A stretch of 52,491 nucleotides of DNA, counting the filler, from Catajapyx aquilonaris (Eukaryota), in the NCBI GenBank assembly GCA_000934665.2. It is 3 parts of 3 records of this genome, joined end to end, with 100 filler letters (N's around TTAATTAATTAA, not from the genome) between each part and the next. Parts side by side here need not be neighbours in the genome. Positions count along the whole stretch, not along the records: positions 35,153 to 52,491 come from JYFJ02006973.1; 2 more parts are not named here. One strand, given 5' to 3'. The position numbers and the translations under genes are program-made. Of this stretch, positions 36,483 through 49,500 are shown piece after piece. The notes below the pieces were generated by a model that was given only the letters and a program-made list of their open reading frames with translations, was not told where the DNA came from and made no database searches. Numbering within the stretch: the first letter of the stretch is position 1; every line of letters begins with the position of its first letter.

Positions 36483-37432
36483 CGAGGGCGGTTCAATAAA
36501 GACTGGCACTGATTTTTTTCCCCATGGCTATTACGCACACTATTGAACAAATAGGGTGCGTGCACAATGATCTGTCGAAGCTGAGTTGGCAGTGGCACCC
36601 ACATCGACACAGTGATATTTTGAATTGTCCTCCAGAGAGGGCCGCATTACCGACCCCCCTCTTGCAAATCGCCTCTGGCAATCATGGCAGCCATCAGGGA
36701 CGAGCAGTACGCGGCGCTGAAATTCTGCTTCCTCTTGAAGAAGACTGCTACGGAAGCATATCATCTGTTGCAAGAAGCATATGGAGATTATGCCATTCCC
36801 GGTCGATCCAGAAAGCAAACAGCAAAGCACAGTGTGGAAGTCTAAGAACTCTCCAACACCGAAAAAAGCAAACGTGCATGCGAGTGCAGGGAAACAGGTG
36901 ATATCGTTTTTTTGAAGAGGGCCCTCAGCACAGACAAGTAATAGGCACCAGTAATGGTGGTATGCGGTGGAACAATGTGTTGGTATACCATTCCACGAAT
37001 GTCAAAAAACGATATCGCGATCACTCTCCCTGCACTTGCCTGCACCTTTGCTTTTTTCGGTGTTGGAGAGTTCGTAGACTTCCACACTATGTTTTGCTGT
37101 TTGCTTTCTGGATCGACGGGAAATGGCATAATCTCCATATGCTTCTTGCAACAGATGACATGCTTCCGTAGCAGTCTTCTTCAAGAGGAAGCAGAATTTC
37201 AGCGCCGCGTACTGCTCGTTCCTGATGGCTGGCGCCATGATTGCCGGAGGCGATTTGCCAGAGGGGGGTCGGTAATGCTGCCCTCTCTGGAGGACAATTC
37301 AAAATATCACTGTGTCGATGTGGGTGCCAACTCAGCTTCGACAGATCATTGTGCACGCACCCTATTTGTTCAATAGTATGTGTAATAGCCATGGGAAAAA
37401 AATCAGTGCCATTCTTTATTGAACTGCCCTCG
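36483..37432. mobile_element. Palindromic deleted mariner element with transposase remnants on both strands
   Basis: CGAGGG ... CCCTCG-TA ends; ~430-bp arms encode MAAIRDEQYAALKFCFLLKKTATEAYHLLQEAYGD; - strand also VDPESKQQ...W...PTPKKAKVQASAGRVIAISFFDIRGMVYQHIVPPHTTITGAYY. Confidence 0.92.
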
Positions 37433-37502
37433 TAGATATTCACCTGTAAGTAATACTGATGAACTTTTAGTGATGTTAATGTGAACATCTTTTGTGATGC
37501 AG

Positions 37503-37584
37503 GACACAGACGTTCCATGCCTTTATCAAAGTCTGCTTAACGAAGAACCCAAAGAAGAGACCGACTGCAGAAAGGTTACTTATT
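37503..37584 (+). CDS. MAP4K3: MAP4K exon, kinase subdomain XI
   Basis: [27 protein letters not shown]; gcag| ... |gtaagt. Confidence 0.93.
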
Positions 37585-40500
37585 GTAAGTGTTTGTAGGC
37601 TTATGTAAATCAACACACACGATTTACAAAATAATTTTTTCAGCATCCATTTGTGCAAGGAGACCTAAACAAACATTTGGCTGTGGAATTACTTCAAAAG
37701 TTGCACAACCCTAACCATAGCTTTATGGAATTAGAACCAGATGAAGAAGGCGTAAGTAAAAGCATAAGTTGTTCGAGAATCTTGTGTAAACCAATGCTCA
37801 ATTTAACTTATTGTTTTGATCCAGGGTTATTCAGTCATGTATGAGTGCATGTAATATTCATGATTAATTTGAAACATGTTGGAACAAGAATATTAGCAAT
37901 ATGAAGTATGATGACATACAGTAATTATAATTTGTGTCTATAGAGTATAGTGCATGTTTCCTGGAACCATCCCTATGAATCCAAAACAGCAGCCCAACAT
38001 GTCCATAAGGAATATGTTACATAAGGACCCTGATAATTTTTATCATCTTGTCGGTTGAAAGTTTCTACCCTCAACTTTAACTCATTTGTTCCGAAGGTTT
38101 TTCTACTGATGATATTTTAATGATATTATAAGGTATGATTTAAAAGGCCAAAAATGAGATGTAAGCACTGAAATGTGATGTATCTGCATTCTTCCACTAG
38201 AGTAAGCTTTCCTGAAGTGGTTCAGCTCCCTTCATTTGTGATTAATATGCACATCTACAAGAATTTTTTTTTTTTCCTGCCTGTCCTATATAGGGTGCTA
38301 GGAACAAATGGGTTAAGCTAATAATTGTGATGGATAAACTTGACTTGCAATTGGCTTGTGGCTCTGAAGAAGCCTAGTGCAAACTGAGTTTATACATTAG
38401 CATACTGTTGAGGGCAGAGATTTGCCATTGTGTCTGTTCAGTTGTCCTGCACATGTTGATGATCATTTCTGTTAACAATTTACACTAAGCTGCTTGATTT
38501 TAAACAGCAACTTTTAAAAGTTGATAGAAATAGCAAATGCCAATATTACATTTAAAACATTTCTTTGACTTCATTCTCCCAGACATAAATCTCTTATATA
38601 GGCAACAAATTTCTGTTATACCTATCCATGACACCAGCATTCCTCCCTTGGGACTAAGATTGCTCCAGATCTCGTTGCAAATGATCCCCCTTATTTGAGT
38701 GATTTCCAGAATATTTGTGTAGGCAAATTGAACAAGGGGAAGGTGGGGAGCAAGACCAGGAAATACCAGGCAGGGAGCGTCATTGCAATGGCCAGGTTGA
38801 ATTGCAGGCCTCAGGCCAAGAAAGGGATGTGAGGTACAGTAGAAGGATTAGGAAGAGCCACCTTCAATTTTTACTCAGGCATGTGGAAAGGTAACAATAG
38901 ACAGCCAAGTAGCAATGGGACAGCCTTCTGAAAACATCTGGAGAGAGTGCAGTTTCATACTAATGGTTCATGGATGTTGACGTGAACCACCTGGTTATTC
39001 AGTGTTTCACATCTTATGGGCATTGTCACCCTCCACATAAGCCACAACAAATGAAGCAGTATTCTAGACACCATCCCCTTCCGCAGTCTACTTTCTCTGA
39101 TTCACTGCCTGGGACCAAATGCCCATTGCCTGGTGTGTTCATAACCCCAACAAGGTGTTCAACATAATATTATACTGTAGATTGTTTGCTTGTAAATGTA
39201 ACTGCTTAAAGATGAGCAGCATTGTGATGAGAAATTGCCGACTGAAATGGACATTGAGTCTGAAATACCCATATCAAAACAACCTGCTAATCTTACAGCT
39301 CTTCCTTCATATCTGACCTGCCCATCCCAACTACTGCCCTTCATCTCCAGCTATCCTGGAAAACCCATGGCCGAGCACCAATTTTATCAGCCACTCATTT
39401 TGCTACAGTTTTTAAATAGTTGGTAAATGCTGGCTGCCCTTCTAACAAGTGTAAGCTGCTTCACCATTGTTGTAACAATGTTTGTGTATTTAGGCCATTC
39501 CTGATGTCCCACAACGAATTGCATCAAAACGATCAACCAGATCGAAGCAGAGGACCAAATCTGAACTACACAGTGAGTGCTTGAAATTGTTTGGCAATTT
39601 AATCACCATGATGAGCAATATTTTGTGAACATTTTTGCCCTGTCCTTCTAGTGGAAAGCGTTAATTTTGATCCCCCTCTGGTGACAGAACTGTCAGCTGA
39701 ACCTCTTCCAGCGCGCTACCCAGACATTTCACAAGCCTGGGGGATTACTAGCAATGCAGAGGTGAGTTTGGTGCGTTGTTCCTGTAATACACAATGATTG
39801 TCTTAAACTTCATTGCAGGAAAATGAGCTTCCAGTAACAAATTATGACATAGCATCAGCATGGATGGAAGGTGATTCTGATAAAGAGGTGATCAGAAAGG
39901 ATAGAAAGTGAGTAAATTGCACACTACTTAATAATTATTGTAAGAATCAAACATTTGCACAGGAAATATTCTGTACTTTTGCAAAAAGGACTACTATATG
40001 AGGAATTATTGTGTGTTCTTCATGCACAGTTGCACCCACCTTTTCAAGTCCGTTCTTCTTAAGTTTATTTGACAAAAGTGATGGCATCATTGTGTGTGTG
40101 TTTAACACTTGAGTTGTTCCATACATGTAGTGTAATTTTCCCCACATGCATGTGATCTTTAAAAATAGTGCCTATGTTGCATTTTTTTTGCTTGTGGCCA
40201 AAAACAACTAGACAAAAGCACTTATCAAATTTGGTGGCATAACCTGGCAAACATTGGAAGCTAACTGTAAAATTTCCATGTTGTTTACTTCTTTTTATAG
40301 CATTACTTGAGTACTAACTGGTTTGTGGAACTTTGCTTTCCACTTCTGACCCGCTGTCAGGAGCAGTATGGGTTTTTAACCATGACTACTTGGTTGCTGG
40401 TCTTTGGTTTCTAAATTGACAATATTGGCGTTTATGGATGAGTTTTAAGCCCGCGTGTCCCCTTAGCCTCCCGAAAACCCCAAATTTGCAATGGTGGTTC

Positions 40501-43500
40501 TCCCGCCCCAGTTTTAAAGCATGTCTCTTCATTGTATTCAATACCACATCTGAAAAAGGATTCGACATATTTGCAGATTAATGACATGAACATGTTCAGG
40601 AGGAAGTAGTTTCACTTGGAGCACATTATAGTAGCAGTGTTTCAAATGTGCAATTCCTGCCATTATAAATGCTTTGCAATTGAATCATATTTTTAAACAC
40701 CATTTTATTTTTTTGTTTTTCAATGGAACAACAGTATGCATGGCCATGAAGTATTTTTCGGGAAATCTTGAAGTGTCTGTGCAGTGAAGTTAAATTTTTT
40801 ATTCTGGCTGTAACAGTGACTCAAGAGCAGACTGGCTAGTGTAGGTTCTAGCACTAGTGACCCCTACTTGCCCCTCTTCTTACAAAAGATGGAATAAGTA
40901 GATGTCTTTGACCCAAGTAGCAAACCACCTTCAGTAAGAAAACTTTTAAAGTGACACAGGCATGAAGTTTTCTTGACATAATGTTAACTGTTTAAAATGT
41001 CTCGTGACATATGATCATGTGAGCAGATTGAGCAGTGATATGCACCTTTCATAGGAGAGATCTGCAAGAAGAGAATTATGAATCAGAAAATGTAACAGGC
41101 TTGTCATATCGATGAGTGTAGGGATTTTATTATGAACATCTGATGACCAGGAGGCCTCCAATCAGCATGGTTCGCCTTAAGTAAATGAGTCATCTGTTCC
41201 AACCCACTTACTGTAAGGCACTATGTAGGTGATTCTGGCACAAGGGACTCATTTCTTAAATATGCATGGCTACTGGACACCAATTTTTAGTCCCATGTAC
41301 TACACCCAGTCTATAGGGGAGGAGGTTGAATTGAAGTTGTAAGCAGAGCTTGTCTTGCTTAAGCTACAGCTTTGGTGGTTTCAATGCAGTACTTTTTACT
41401 CCATGTTGGAATATTAGTTTTCAGTTGTCATTCATTATTTGTGCAGTAGGTTTTTATCAGTTGTGGAAGTTAGCAGCATGTGAAAAATGAATTGGGCTTC
41501 CATATTCCTGCAGTAAGTTGTTTACATGGCACTATTCCAGTGACCTATGACATCATGCCAAATAAAAACTGTCATGTAAACAGTGTAGATACGTATTTAT
41601 GAACATTGAAACTGCCTACGTTTCCCAAGGCTACCATGAAAAATCTTATGATAGAAGTGATACCAAAGATATGTTTTAAAAAGTAATATTATCATACTAC
41701 CAAATTGGCCCCCCGGTGGGCATAGGGTTAATTTAATATTTTGCAGAAATAATGTTTAAGCTAGTCATTAATGGGGGTAGACCCCTTCACTACTGACAAG
41801 GGAAGGTCACGGGGTGATAATGACGGATCTTGATGAAATTGAACATGCTAATACAGGACAATATATGATACCCAAAAATGAAATATTTCGTGCGGAACCC
41901 CATATTTGCAAAAGTTATGACGTCTTAAAGTTTCAAAAATAATACATTTTCATACTCCATGGGATTACATTAGCAACCACATATAATGACATTGAAGTGT
42001 GTAATCAGTTTCTAGACCTTTTCTCAGATGTCGGAAAAAAGTGATACAGAACGGCTCTGGCCGTCCGGCCATCCGTCCGTCCGTCCGTCTGTGGACAGGT
42101 ATCAAGGCCTAAACCGTAAGAGATAGCGACAAACGGTTTTCATATTCAGATTGAGCGTGACCAAAATAGGTTTCATGGTCAACTTCTGGTGACCCGCCAC
42201 TTCCGGTCTATTCCGGATTCACTCTATCCGCATAAGTCTACTTTACGGGAGGGGTTATCGTTGGATTTCGAAGTTAGTTTCCGTGTATTCCTGACCGTGT
42301 TTTTCGGGGATTTACTCCGGGTTTTACCTGACTCTCTGGCACAGGGGCTGTGGAATTTATTCCTGACGTTGGACATGTTTGCAATGAGCGTCATCGGCCG
42401 CCATGATATTATCACCCAAGCCGATACTGGAATCGATATGTTGCCTAGGTTACGATATATCGATTCACATGCTCCCTGAAAGAATGAGAAAAGGTCTAGA
42501 AACTGATTACACACTTCAATGTCATTATATGTGGTCGCCAATGTAATCCCATGGAGTATGAAAATGTATTATTTTTGGAACTTTAAGACGTCATAACTTT
42601 TGCAAATATGGGGTTCCGCACGAAATATTTCATTTTTGGGTATCATATGTTGTCCTGTATTAGCATGTTCAATTTCATCAAGATCCGTCATTATCACCCC
42701 GTGACCTTTCCTTGTGAGTTTGAAGAATATTTGAGACTTGCACTTGGCAAATATCATTATTTTGTTAGTTCTTAATACAAGGTAACTGTAGTGTGGTGAT
42801 AACCTAGTCATTCATTCATGCATATGAGCCAGTCTGCTCTTGGTGTGGATGTTGTACCCTTAAGTCCCAGGATATTGTCATATATTTATAATGGTTACAC
42901 TGTATTCCTCTAGTGGTACTGATAACACTATACACCAATAATATTTTACATTTTAAAAATTTCATTTAATAATGTGCTCCAAATTTTTGTTAATTTTCCC
43001 AAGAATTTCTGTACAACCCACATATTGACACTTCACTCAAATTTCCTTGCAAAACTGTAAATGTGTCGCGTCCTGTTTTGGATGCTGAACAGTGCAGACA
43101 GCATGACTTAAGTGAGTAAACAAAACAGAGAGAGAGTTGCCCCCAGGTTGATGGCATTGCCGGGTCTCGATCCTCGTTTGGGATGCCTGAAAGGCCGGAA
43201 TAGACTCCTCCTCCCTCCCACTTCATCCACGTCTACCCATCCACATCCCCTCCCCACCCATGTACCTCCTCCCTGTGTGTCACCCCACCACCCACCAATG
43301 CCACCGTCACCATCACTGGCGCCGCCGCCACTGCCACTCCTACCACCACTGCCTCTCGAGAGGCGGCGCAATCATGCGGTGGCCTCCAGATCGCGACCTC
43401 TTAGTGGGAACGACATCCTCAGGATGTCCCTCAGGTAAAAAAAAGAAATCCCTATGTTGGATGTTTGGAGAGAGATATTCTGTTGTTGTTTATTTTAGAC

Positions 43501-46500
43501 CAGCATGCATTTACTTGAAAGCGGAGATTTGTGGAAAGCAAAAGTCCGTTTTGCCTGCCCCCATGAGAATGTTCAGTTGGGAGATGTTAGAGCGTTTTTG
43601 CGCTTTTGACATTTTGGTGTCTTTTTTTGGGGGGTTACCGATGTTTTTTCTAACTTCTTTGTGGATGTGAGTGAAGCCAAACCCAATTTGTGGCATGGTT
43701 TTGGTGTGCAAACATTTATGGTCATGTTAGATCAGATGTTCCCTCCCTAAAAGACAATTTTTAAAAACACAACAAAATACAGTGGACTCTGCAGGATTGA
43801 TTTGCCTGAGAAAAATGTCATCATGCCATCAAGTGGGTCAGGCTATATGAGAGGAACTAACTGCAACAAGTTTTAGAGTTTTTTTTTAAAAGTTGGCCTA
43901 AAGGTGACATCTATTCCTTTGCCTGCAGGAGCCTATTGCAGTATATAGATGAAGAACTTATGTTGAGGTACAGTAACAACATCACATTATATGCCCCCTC
44001 TACAAGGATTATTATGATTCTTATTTAATTTGTGTTGGACCTATTATTGTATTCTAACAATTTTTGTGGGTACATGATTGCGGCAATGGTCTAGTGTTTT
44101 CTTCAGTTTTGCTGTGTGTTCATTAAACCGTTAGCATGCACTTGCACTGCTTTGTTTGCACTTTGTCTTGCTAAATTTGTTAACAAGGTGGGGGTTAACA
44201 TGATGGTAACAAATTCAGTCATTCTGATGTTTATTTTTTTGGAGCGCTGCAGGGTTGCATGCGCTGAGGTTCAACAGTGCGCTTGTGTGACAGCTTCACA
44301 TGTTTGTAATTGTGTATATATATATATGGGATGTTGCCATATTGCAAGTGGTATAGTTCTCAAGTATATGTTACTTTTGTTTTTTTTTTCAGGGGTCATC
44401 AGGAACGGTTGACAGATCTACAAGAAGACTTGACCTTCTCTCAACAGTAAGTCTCTCAATCTATCTGGTAATGTGTACACTGCCATTGATGTCGTCTAGC
44501 CTAGTGATTAGACATGAGAAGCTCATTCAGGATGTCCTAGGTTTGAATCCTAGGACTGACCATTGTGACCTGGGCTTTCTGTTTCCTGTGGCCAGTGTGG
44601 ACAATCCGTACAAACCTACATGGTTTCTGTCAAAAAGGCATCATTTTCATTTTATTGGGTTTACAGCATTATGCCTCCTTTTTTTAGGTACATTTTTGTT
44701 TGCTAAAGTGGATATCAATTGAATGAGATGATTTCGTGAGCATAACGGGGTAGGCTAGTCAGGCCCATGCAAAGGTTCAACACATTAGTAGGCAACAGTG
44801 GTTCCCAAACTCTTTGTCCCATGGAGCCCTTTTTGCGGAAAAAAAATTTGACAGCGGAGCCCCTGACATCCCCCCCTTCAATGTGGGCTTTAGGTAGGGC
44901 CTACATCGCGGGGGCATAGCAAGAGGATTAGGGGCCCAGGGCGACGGGGAAGAAGGATGAGGAGAGTGCCAACAAGCCCGTCGCAGGTGGAATTTTTTGT
45001 GGTTCAAGGTCACACGAGCTTAGGTGAATGTAATTGCCAGAGTCCATCCCCATCTCCTTCATTCTCCCTCATTCTGAACCAGCCACGGCACTAATTTTGC
45101 GTCCTGACATTTTTGTGTAGTCCAGAGAAGCATTCTGGTCTTTTAAAAAGGAGCATTTCGGGGTCTGCTCGTTTCAAAACGAGAATTCCTCAAAATGCTC
45201 ATTTTTTCGCTCAATGGCCGTTTTCGGGGTTTGAGCCTAACACATTACATTGAAGCAGTTATTCAATGAAATGCAACTTGCGGTGAAAAAATTGTCCAAT
45301 AAACTAACAATTTAGGCACTGTTGTGTTCAAGGGCAGGTGGACAAGTTAATTTTTTTGACGTGAATACGTCTTTAAAATCGGGTCCGTATATAGGGGGGG
45401 CATGCAGGCAAACTCGAGCGTTACAGAAAACCGTTACAGTCAGGGCCCTGCCAGGGGGCAAGGCTAAATTCGGATCCGCATAGGGGGGCATGGAGGCAAA
45501 CTCGAGCGTTACAGAAAAGCGTTACAGTCTATTATAACCGAGTCTATTATATCCGAAGTGGCGTGTGAGTGTTATAGTCAGGACCCTGCCAGGGGGCCCA
45601 TGGCGGGGGCATGCAGGGGGGCATGCAGGGAAATTCTTAGGAGGGTCACCATGAGTGTCCAGAGTTCAGGGTCACCATGAATGTGTCCAGACTTTAGGAT
45701 TACCATGCATGTGTCCTGACTTCAATACTGATAATAAGCAATTAATTCACTCCCCCAATACTGATCCGATTTTAAAGACGTATTCACGTCAAAAGCTGTG
45801 GCTTGTGTTCCCGACACAACCTAATGTTGTTTTTTTTTGCATAAGTGTCATGTTATTCTCAAAGTTTCTGCGGAGCCCGAAGGGCTCCACGGAGCATAGT
45901 TGGGAACCACTGCATTAGTACATGTGGCCTCTGATGCACAAACATACATTCCTTATGTGCTCTTCCTTCTCCAATTTTTATTTCCGGATTTGAATATCAA
46001 TGGTGTTGACATTAATGTATCTTTACCTATGTTTTGTAGAGCCACCCTACCTCTGGGGGAGTCGATGAGTGAGTCTAGTCATGAATTGGATCGCAGGAAC
46101 CACAACCAGGTCAACTACGTGGGAAGAGGGGCAGATGGTGGCATGGTAGAAGCTTCAGCTACCACAGTCCCTAGGCGGAGGCACAACAGCAGTGGAACAG
46201 CTGAGGATGAGGTTATTGATAGGACTGCCACCCTCAGTATTGCCAGCATGGGGCGTCAAAGGGCACACAGTGATAGTGGTGCAATGGTCCACAATGGTGA
46301 GTTGGTTCTATGGTTTTTGGCATAACTAAAAACCAAATATTTATGGGCATGAATGACAAGTTTGAAGGAGAGGTGTTGAGGCGAATCTTATTTGCAAGTG
46401 GAAAGGAAGCGAAAAGAATCTTGGCCGTGCAGGTATAGCTGGTACCTGGCGGTCGAGTTCTCATTGACTAGATTCTAAGTTGCTGGGGCCAAAGGGGTTA

Positions 46501-49500
46501 ACAGATGGAGAAAAGGGCTAAGTAATTGTGAATTAAATGCTCAATGTGAAATCAGCTTTGTTGATAACTTTTCTACACTACAACTAACATCCATATTTTT
46601 GAACCTGTTCTGTGAAATTATGACCCAATAAATTTTATTCAGGAGTAAACAATGAGAATGGAGGTGGCACTGGTAGCTCCGAGACTGAGACTGGGGAGAG
46701 TGAGCCCCCACCAGTGGTGCCTCCTCGTCGACGTGAGCGTCGCAAGAGGACCCCACCTCCCCGCCCAGTGACAAATGGCCTCCCTCCAACTCCAAAAGTG
46801 CATATGGGGGCTTGCTTTTCTAAGGTTTTCAATGGCTGCCCCCTGAGGATCCACTGCACAGCTAGCTGGATCCACCCAGAGACCCATGATCAGCATGTAT
46901 TGATAGGGGCTGAAGAAGGTGTTTACACTCTCAACCTTAATGAACTACATGAGACAGCTATGGATCAGCTTTATCCTAGAAGAACTCTCTGGCTCTTCGT
47001 CATCAAGGATGTGCTCATGTCTCTCTCAGGTACATTGGTGTTCCCAGAGTAGAAGAGGGGTTGCCAAGTGCTCAGTAGTCAGGTAGCCCTTATTTAGTTT
47101 GGGTATTTGAATATAAGTGCTCCACATCAGTTGAAGCATTTTTCACACATTCTCTACTGTATTCAAAGAAATTATGCAAATATCAATTTGTCATGTCTAG
47201 AACTGTTCCATAATTCTTTGGTTATGTTATATGTTTGCTAGATACTGGAATGCATACTATTCAGATTGTAGCTGATGTGCTCAAGAGCCACACATAAACA
47301 GAATGAGTTAGAATTCTGGATGAAACTTTCGCCACGGTAACTGTTGGCCCAATGCAAGTCTAAAATATTGGGATAAGGAATATTGAAAACCCAATCATGA
47401 ATTACAGTCGAATCCCTTTATAATGAATCCGGATATGACGAAAATCAGCTTATAACGGGGGGGAAATTGTGACCGTCAGAGGCCCCATAAACCCATGTTA
47501 AAAATATCAGCTTTTAAGGAAAGAATTTTCTGTTTCGGTTCACATATAACGAAAAAATTTCGCTTCTCCCATCCCACCTCTCGGCCGAAAAAGGGCGGAA
47601 GTTGGCAAATCGGCCCATAAATCACCATCTGTGTGTTCGGGATTCAACCTCTTTTCACGCATTCTGTCCAAACTTTGATAATTTGGGGTCCTAATGGTAG
47701 GGAAAGGATTCTCTGGGAGGGGGGATGGCTGTATGGCAGTGACTCAGAGCTTCCGACTGGATTTATTAGCGCGTGGGGCCCCCAGGGTAGGAGGCATGTG
47801 GTTAAAACCTGGGAAAATTCATAGGAAATTTGAGCAGCAAAACGAATCACATCTGGAACGGAATTCCCGGATGCGGACTTATCATATGCTGCCTAAAAGG
47901 TGGGATGAGGGTGCGAGCGTAAAAGGAGAAGGGCCTGGCCTGCATCTGGTGCAGTCCTCCGGTGTATGCTATAACTTAATTGTTGTCACGTTTGCGCCGT
48001 GCTTTGTGAGATAATCTAATGTAGCGCGGAAGAATTTCTTGACTATTTTTCCCGCTACCAGGGCTTAATATAACGCCTAAATATTGAAAAAAGTGAGGTT
48101 TAAACGCATTTTTTAATATAACGAAATTCGCATATAGCGGGGGAAAAATTGGTTTCCTTCAATTTCGTTATAGAGGGATTTGACTGTACAACACAGTAGG
48201 TGGTACAAAGAGAAAGGAGGCGATCTTGTGCAGTTAATAGGTAAAGCTTTCCTTTTCTCATGTAAGAAACAGGTTAAGAGTATTGTTGTTTTTTAAGTGA
48301 AGTTAATGAAGTTGTTTCTTGAAACCTATGTTGCTTTATCATGAACATACTTTTGGATCAAGCTTTCATTAATTTAACATTCCACTTTTTTTCCATGTAA
48401 TTAGGGAAGACACTACAGCTGTATCGGCACGATTTAATTAGTCTTCACACTAAGCATATGCAACGGCTATCTCTACACATGAACAAGATTCCAGAGAAGC
48501 TGGTCCCTCGCAAGTTTGCTCTTACCACGAAGGTCCCTGACACCAAAGGTTGTGTCCGCTGCTGTGTAGGACGCAACCCCTACAATGGGTACAAATACCT
48601 ATGTGGAGCTGTTCCAAATGGCATATTCCTCATGCAGTGGTATGACCCGCTCAACAAGTTTATGTTCCTCAAGGTGAGGATGGCTCCCCATGTTTTATAT
48701 CTCAGGGCTCATAGAGTCAGTTTAGATAATATATATTGGCATTTGTTATAAAGTCTTGTATCAGTAGCATCTTAAGATTTTGTTTTTGGAAGCTGGAAAC
48801 CAAATCCATTGGTATGTTAAAGTGGCTGAGGATGGCTCTATGCGCCCAAAGCTTTATCAACCTAGAACAGCTGTTCTTAACCTGGGGTGCACCCCCAGGG
48901 AAGCCACCTTGCTCCCCCTGGGGATGCGAGCAAGGTCCACCTCTGGACTGAGTCTAACTATGAACTTAATCACCCCTGGTAGAGGGGGTGCAATAAGGAC
49001 TAACTGTCTTCAAAGGGGTGCAGAGGCCCGAAAAGGTTAAGAACCCCCTGACCTAGAAGGTGAAAAGGTTTGGGGATTCTTAGTTGACCAATCTGTCATG
49101 GGTATGGTCAGACTATCCTCAGGCATCATTACAACATGCATTTTTAGAGGGTGCATGATCATTTTAAATGCGCAAAATTTTAAACCTACTTATATATTTT
49201 AAAAGTACAGAATTACATTTTATTTACCCTTATTGGATGGGTGGCATGTACTGTTTGCCAGTGACTTTTACAGCATCATGAGGGTATTTTCCTGCAAAAT
49301 AATGCTGTTCCTGTGTTGCTTTTTCACTTTTCTCATGTTAGAGAAAAAAAATCGCACTTTTCAAACAAAAGATAGTTCTACAAATTTTACCAGTTTCAGC
49401 GTTTTTTGTGCCTTGTAAAACAAAATCCCACAAACAACCAATGTTGACCTTGACTGCCTGATTTCAGAATTTCACACTCAAAAAGTCACTCAATGGTACT

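Noticed and set aside
44490..44580. tRNA-like sequence with GGTTTGAATCC
   Set aside because: Too degenerate for a tRNA; at most an old SINE head
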